From contig NC_020304.1 of assembly GCF_000341395.1 (NCBI RefSeq), positions 150,001 through 182,000 of the forward strand: a stretch of DNA of 32,000 bases, read 5' to 3'. Origin of the DNA: Desulfocapsa sulfexigens DSM 10523 (GTDB taxonomy: Bacteria; Desulfobacterota; Desulfobulbia; Desulfobulbales; Desulfocapsaceae). The notes beneath the pieces are model-generated. The model made no database searches, was not told the origin of the DNA, and was given only the letters and a program-made list of their open reading frames with translations. The position numbers and the translations under genes were made by a program. This document shows positions 27,909 through 32,000 of the stretch, in pieces (position 1 is the stretch's first letter; each line of letters begins with the position of its first letter).

Positions 27909-29165
27909 ATGGGAAACAAAACCCCGGTCATCATTGGCTACGATGCCATTTCCGCACTCGGCAACGATCTTGAGCTGCAGTGGCAGGATGCCCTGGCTGG
28001 AAAAAGCGGTATCGGCCCTCTCTCCCGCTTCCCCCTGAAAGATGATTTTCCCGTTCGCATCGCTGGGCAGGTTCCTGATTTTGAGGATACGGACAAGAAG
28101 TACCCCTTTCTCACAGCCAGACATCAGGCTAGCTGGAGTTCCCCGGTTTTTAAATACGGAATGCTCTCCGTTGCCAGAGCGCTCGAATCTTCCGGTCTTG
28201 AAATAACCCCGGAACTTGCCCCACGGGTAGCTGTTACCTACAGCTCAGCGGTGGGTGGTCTCGATGCCGTCTTACATGCGGACAGACGACTCCAGGCTGA
28301 AAACAAACTCCCCCATCCCTACGCAAATCCCAACTCCTGTATCAATATGATTGGCGGTAAAATCGCCATCCTGACCGGAGCCCAGGGACCCATTGTAACC
28401 CCGGTCACCGCCTGTGCCACCGGCCTCACTTCCATGCTCACAGGAGCTATGTTCCTGGCCCAGGGCCGGGCGGACGTTGCCATCTGCGGGGCCGTTGATT
28501 TTGCTCTTGTTGAGCCCATTGTCGCAGGCTTTTACACCATGAACGGTGTCTACATCCCAAAGGAAGGCAATGAAGATGAAGCACCGGAACGTGCCAGCCG
28601 TCCCTTTTCCCGCAACCGGCGCGGGTTTATTATCTCAGAGGGTGCTGGAGCTGTGATTCTGGCCACCCCTGAATTCGCCAGAAATCATGGCCTGGGGTTC
28701 AGCATTGAGCTCAGCGGATGGGGAATGACCTCGGATGCCCACCATTTTGTAGCGCCTAACTTTGCAACCGTCAGGCAGTGCATGCAGAATGCCATGGATG
28801 ATGCCGGTATCAGTCCTGCTGAGATAGCGGTAATTAACGCCCATGCCGCATCAACAAAGGTTGGTGACAAGGTGGAATATGATGCCATCACAGCACTCTT
28901 TGGTAAAAACACACCTCCGGTGACTGCCAACAAATCACTCATCGGCCATCCCATGGGGGCATCGAGCGTTATAGAGTCCATTTTCAGCTTTCAGGGTATG
29001 CGTGATGGCGTACTTCCGCCCACTATTAACTACCTGCCAGACCCCGAGATTGTTATTGACTGTGTCGCAAACGAAAAACGAAAACTTGAACAGGAGTTTG
29101 TTCTGAAAAACTCTTTCGGCTTTGGCGGCTGTAACAGTTGTGCCATATTTAAACGGATACACTAA
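27909..29165 (+). CDS. Beta-ketoacyl-ACP synthase-like protein
   Basis: PVTACATGLTS, NAHAASTKVGD, NKSLIGHPMGASS, NSFGFGGCN. Confidence 0.93.
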   Translation: MGNKTPVIIGYDAISALGNDLELQWQDALAGKSGIGPLSRFPLKDDFPVRIAGQVPDFEDTDKKYPFLTARHQASWSSPVFKYGMLSVARALESSGLEITPELAPRVAVTYSSAVGGLDAVLHADRRLQAENKLPHPYANPNSCINMIGGKIAILTGAQGPIVTPVTACATGLTSMLTGAMFLAQGRADVAICGAVDFALVEPIVAGFYTMNGVYIPKEGNEDEAPERASRPFSRNRRGFIISEGAGAVILATPEFARNHGLGFSIELSGWGMTSDAHHFVAPNFATVRQCMQNAMDDAGISPAEIAVINAHAASTKVGDKVEYDAITALFGKNTPPVTANKSLIGHPMGASSVIESIFSFQGMRDGVLPPTINYLPDPEIVIDCVANEKRKLEQEFVLKNSFGFGGCNSCAIFKRIH

Positions 29166-29176
29166 GAATACAAGAT

Positions 29177-30442
29177 ATGAGAGCACCACTTAACAGACGG
29201 GTTTTTGTAGCCGGATATGCGGCGGCAACCCCACTCGGAAATACCTTTGAGAAGACCTGGGCCGCTGCAATACAGGGAAAGGCAGCTTTCCGCCGTGTAA
29301 CACGGTGCGAAACCGAAAGCCGCTCCAACGTGGTTGGTGAAATCCCGGACTGGGATCCATCACTTCTCCCCTATGTGAACCGTAAAGAAGCCTCTATCTG
29401 GAACGCAGATTACATTTTCCTCACCATGGAGATGTGCAGGCAGGCCCTGGAAAATGCCGGTCTTGAAATGACTGAGGAGACCGGTCCAAGAACGGCATGC
29501 ATGATAGGTTCTGCACTCAACGGCACCGATTCCTACCGGATTGCCATGGATAACTATGTCAACCGTGGCCCGTTCAAGGTAAGCCCCTATCTCCTTCCAA
29601 ACGTATGCGCCAATCTGCCAGCCGGAAAAGCAGGAATGCTGCTCAATTTCACCGGCCCTATCTTCTCTCCACAGGGCGCCTGCGCCTCGGGCAACCACGC
29701 AATCGCCATCGGCTCGAGAATGATACGGGATGGTGATTGTGACTTTGTCCTCGCCGGTGGAGTCGAAACCTGCATAATCCCCGAAATCATCCAGGGATTC
29801 TCCAATATGCTTGCCACCATTAAAGTAGGCCATAAAGATCGTGCCTACGATGATCCGACTCAGGCCTCACGCCCCTTCAGTTTGGATCGCAAGGGATTTG
29901 TCCTCTCCGAGGGCGCCGGGGTACTTCTTCTTGCTGCAGAAGACAAAATTGAATCACTTGGACTTAGCAAAAAAGCTGAAGTTGCAGGGGTCGGCTGGAC
30001 CTCAGATGCGAAACACTTCACCCGGCCAAACCGGGAAACAATCGTCCGGGCAATCCACGACGCCATTTACGATGCCGAAATCAGTCCACAGGATATCGGC
30101 AGCATCAACGCCCACGGCACATCCACTCCGACCGGCGATGCCACTGAGGTTGAGTGCATGCGTGAGGTGTTCGGTAAAGAAATCAGTAAAATTCCGGTTA
30201 CAGCCAACAAATCACAGGTTGGACACAGTCTGGGGGCATCGGCTGCCATTGAGGCAGCACTTTCTATTGAAGCGATGAGCCAATCCATACTCCTGCCCAC
30301 GGTCAATCATATTCCCGATCCGGCCTTTGCAGATATTGATGTCGTTCCGAGTCAAACCCGTAAGCACTCCTACGAACATATACTTTCCAACTCATTCGGC
30401 TTTGGTGGAACCAATTGCTGTATAGTCTTTAAAGGAATCTGA
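29177..30442 (+). CDS. Beta-ketoacyl-ACP synthase (FabF-like)
   Basis: PQGACASGNHAIAIG, NAHGTSTPTGDATE, NKSQVGHSLGASA, NSFGFGGTN. Confidence 0.94.
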   Translation: MRAPLNRRVFVAGYAAATPLGNTFEKTWAAAIQGKAAFRRVTRCETESRSNVVGEIPDWDPSLLPYVNRKEASIWNADYIFLTMEMCRQALENAGLEMTEETGPRTACMIGSALNGTDSYRIAMDNYVNRGPFKVSPYLLPNVCANLPAGKAGMLLNFTGPIFSPQGACASGNHAIAIGSRMIRDGDCDFVLAGGVETCIIPEIIQGFSNMLATIKVGHKDRAYDDPTQASRPFSLDRKGFVLSEGAGVLLLAAEDKIESLGLSKKAEVAGVGWTSDAKHFTRPNRETIVRAIHDAIYDAEISPQDIGSINAHGTSTPTGDATEVECMREVFGKEISKIPVTANKSQVGHSLGASAAIEAALSIEAMSQSILLPTVNHIPDPAFADIDVVPSQTRKHSYEHILSNSFGFGGTNCCIVFKGI

Positions 30443-30447
30443 GTACC

Positions 30448-30930
30448 ATGCGACCAAAGCCATTTATCCCCGAGCTTCTCCCTCAGCACCCCAATCATGT
30501 AAAAGATAGGAACAGTGGTCTGATCTGGCACAAAAGCGAAATGCGTACCCTCTATGTGGATACTGACAGGTCCCAGGTTGTTTACCATGCCAACTATCTG
30601 CGATATTTTGAATTTGGCCGGGCAGAACTTATGCGGGGGGCCAACTATCCCTACAAGAAGATCGAAGAAAGTGGCTACGTCTATCCCATCATCAAGACTG
30701 AACTCAACTATTTCACCCCGCTCTTCTATGACGATCTCATGTATATCCACACCCGGCCTTCCAGCATCGAACTGGTTAAACTGCAGTTTGACTATCTGAT
30801 CACCCGGGCGTCAGACGGTGAGATTATCTGTACCGGTTTCACCAAGCATTGCGCAATCAACAGTGACGGAATTCCGGTCAAGATCGATGAGAAAACAATC
30901 AAACTCTGGGAAAGTTTTCCAACAGAATAA
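30448..30930 (+). CDS. Acyl-CoA/ACP thioesterase, YbgC/4HBT hotdog family
   Basis: RTLYVDTDRSQVVYHANYLRYFEFGRAELMR is the 4HBT/YbgC signature. Confidence 0.9.
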   Translation: MRPKPFIPELLPQHPNHVKDRNSGLIWHKSEMRTLYVDTDRSQVVYHANYLRYFEFGRAELMRGANYPYKKIEESGYVYPIIKTELNYFTPLFYDDLMYIHTRPSSIELVKLQFDYLITRASDGEIICTGFTKHCAINSDGIPVKIDEKTIKLWESFPTE

Positions 30931-31772
30931 TGACAAGCCGTCAAGCTGTTCACATTCCCGTTCATCCCTGGTTCAAAGATCATCATTTTAATGGACAGAC
31001 AATTTTACCGGCGGTTGAGAGCATGCTTCTCCTTGCTGAAGTTGCTAAGAAAATACAACCTGACATTCAGATATGTACGATGACAGAGGCACATTTTTCC
31101 AAATTTCTGCCCATCCCCGCAAACGCAACGGAGTTATCAGTCCTGGTGGAGATTGATGCAGGTGAAGAGGTACTTCGCCTCAAGCTGCTCAGTAAAATGC
31201 AACTCAAAAAAATCAGCAGAATTAAAGAGCATGCCGAGCTATGCTTTCCTCTAAAAGAACCTACCATAGAGACTGTTACGCAAAACAGTGCAACGGACAG
31301 CCATATTGAAATAGGAGCCGATAGAATCTATAGAGAACTTGTTCCCTTCGGTCCAAGTTACCGCAGCCTTACAGGGACATTGCAGATATGCGGCAATACC
31401 GCCTGTGGTACCCTCCAGGCCCCAACACTTACACACCAGCATGTGATGGAAAAGGATATAGGATCTCCTTTTCCACTTGATGGTGCCATGCACGCCGCCT
31501 GCGTACTGGGACAATGCCTTGCAGATTTTGTCCCTTTCCCCGTCGGCTTTGCCACACGCTGCATTCACAGCCCAACACGGGCGGGTCAGCAGTACAGCAC
31601 CACAGTACTTGCCCGGTCAGTAACAAAAGATGAACTGCTCTTTGATTTATCTATTTTTGATACAAAGGGAAATATCTGCGAAACGATCAGAGGATTGCGG
31701 ATGCGCGATGTGAGCCGAGGGACAATCAGGTCTCCCCTGGATTTACCCAGGCAGAAAGTTTCTCAACCATAA
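30930..31772 (+). CDS. Stand-alone PKS-type double-hotdog dehydratase
   Basis: HPWFKDHHFNGQTILPAVESMLLLAE (HxxxGxxxxP) and FPLDGAMHAA (DxxxQ/H-like second motif). 1-nt TAATG overlap with the thioesterase gene. Confidence 0.8.
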   Translation: MTSRQAVHIPVHPWFKDHHFNGQTILPAVESMLLLAEVAKKIQPDIQICTMTEAHFSKFLPIPANATELSVLVEIDAGEEVLRLKLLSKMQLKKISRIKEHAELCFPLKEPTIETVTQNSATDSHIEIGADRIYRELVPFGPSYRSLTGTLQICGNTACGTLQAPTLTHQHVMEKDIGSPFPLDGAMHAACVLGQCLADFVPFPVGFATRCIHSPTRAGQQYSTTVLARSVTKDELLFDLSIFDTKGNICETIRGLRMRDVSRGTIRSPLDLPRQKVSQP

Positions 31773-32000
31773 CCCGACTGAGCCAGCGAAAAAAGATTAT
31801 GGTATATTTTGCACCTGAAAAATACATCCCAAGCCCGAAGACAGGAAAAGACAGGCCATAGGCCAGCGGCCCACCAATAACTGCGAGTAGAGGTTCATTA
31901 AATTTTATGGCCAGTACTCCCAGAACGGCAACGGCTGGCCAGCCCAGGAGAGATCCTAGAATAATTAACAGAACACCAGTAATGACCTCCAGAGAAGGTT
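31726..32000 (-). CDS. C-terminus of a predicted integral membrane protein, cut by window edge
   Basis: Not in ORF track. Open minus-strand frame: PSLEVITGVLLIILGSLLGWPAVAVLGVLAIKFNEPLLAVIGGPLAYGLSFPVFGLGMYFSGAKYTIIFFRWLSRVMVEKLSAWVNPGET*. Convergent with 30930..31772 and overlapping it by 47 nt. Confidence 0.6.
   Translation of the reverse strand, partial: PSLEVITGVLLIILGSLLGWPAVAVLGVLAIKFNEPLLAVIGGPLAYGLSFPVFGLGMYFSGAKYTIIFFRWLSRVMVEKLSAWVNPGET

Noticed and set aside
1-31772. Calling the cluster definitively a ladderane or aryl polyene locus
   Set aside because: No aromatic starter enzymes typical of APE (e.g. an ammonia-lyase) are visible, and gene content alone cannot prove ladderane chemistry. 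Kept as an analogy only.
1-32000. CRISPR arrays, tRNA/rRNA genes, phage or defence systems
   Set aside because: Scanned for repeat-spacer periodicity, RNA gene landmarks and hallmark proteins. None was seen.

Overview
The window is almost entirely one biosynthetic neighbourhood. It is a type II fatty-acid/polyketide-like lipid cluster unusually rich in radical SAM enzymes. Leftward genes (about 15.0 kb down to 1) encode: FAD-oxidoreductase N-terminus (cut by the window edge), SPASM-type radical SAM, B12-type radical SAM, PlsC-like acyltransferase, ketosynthase, ACP, LpxL/HtrB-like acyltransferase, GT2 glycosyltransferase, a DhaL/DAK2-DegV fusion, AMP-forming acyl ligase, another B12-type radical SAM, a lipoprotein, LolA-like carrier, FabG and an ApeP-like dehydratase. 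Rightward genes (15.7-31.8 kb) encode: HpnP/DUF4070-like B12 radical SAM, a large hybrid sensor kinase, ACP, a KS + KS-like fusion, a B12-type radical SAM, an ApeI/FabZ-like hotdog protein, ACP, a tandem pair of radical SAM proteins, two more ketosynthases, a YbgC-like thioesterase and a stand-alone PKS-type double-hotdog dehydratase. A second PAS histidine kinase (5.2-6.3 kb) sits between leftward blocks. Totals: 7 radical SAM genes, 4 KS genes (5 KS-like domains), 3 ACPs and 3 dehydratase-like genes. The content mixes aryl-polyene-type (APE) and ladderane-candidate-type clusters, but the product cannot be determined from sequence. I also found, outside the ORF track, a 178-bp fold-back element (20960-21137) with 9-bp terminal inverted repeats and perfect 8-bp flanking direct repeats (MITE-like), and a small dyad upstream of the rightward genes. 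No RNA genes or CRISPR arrays were recognised.
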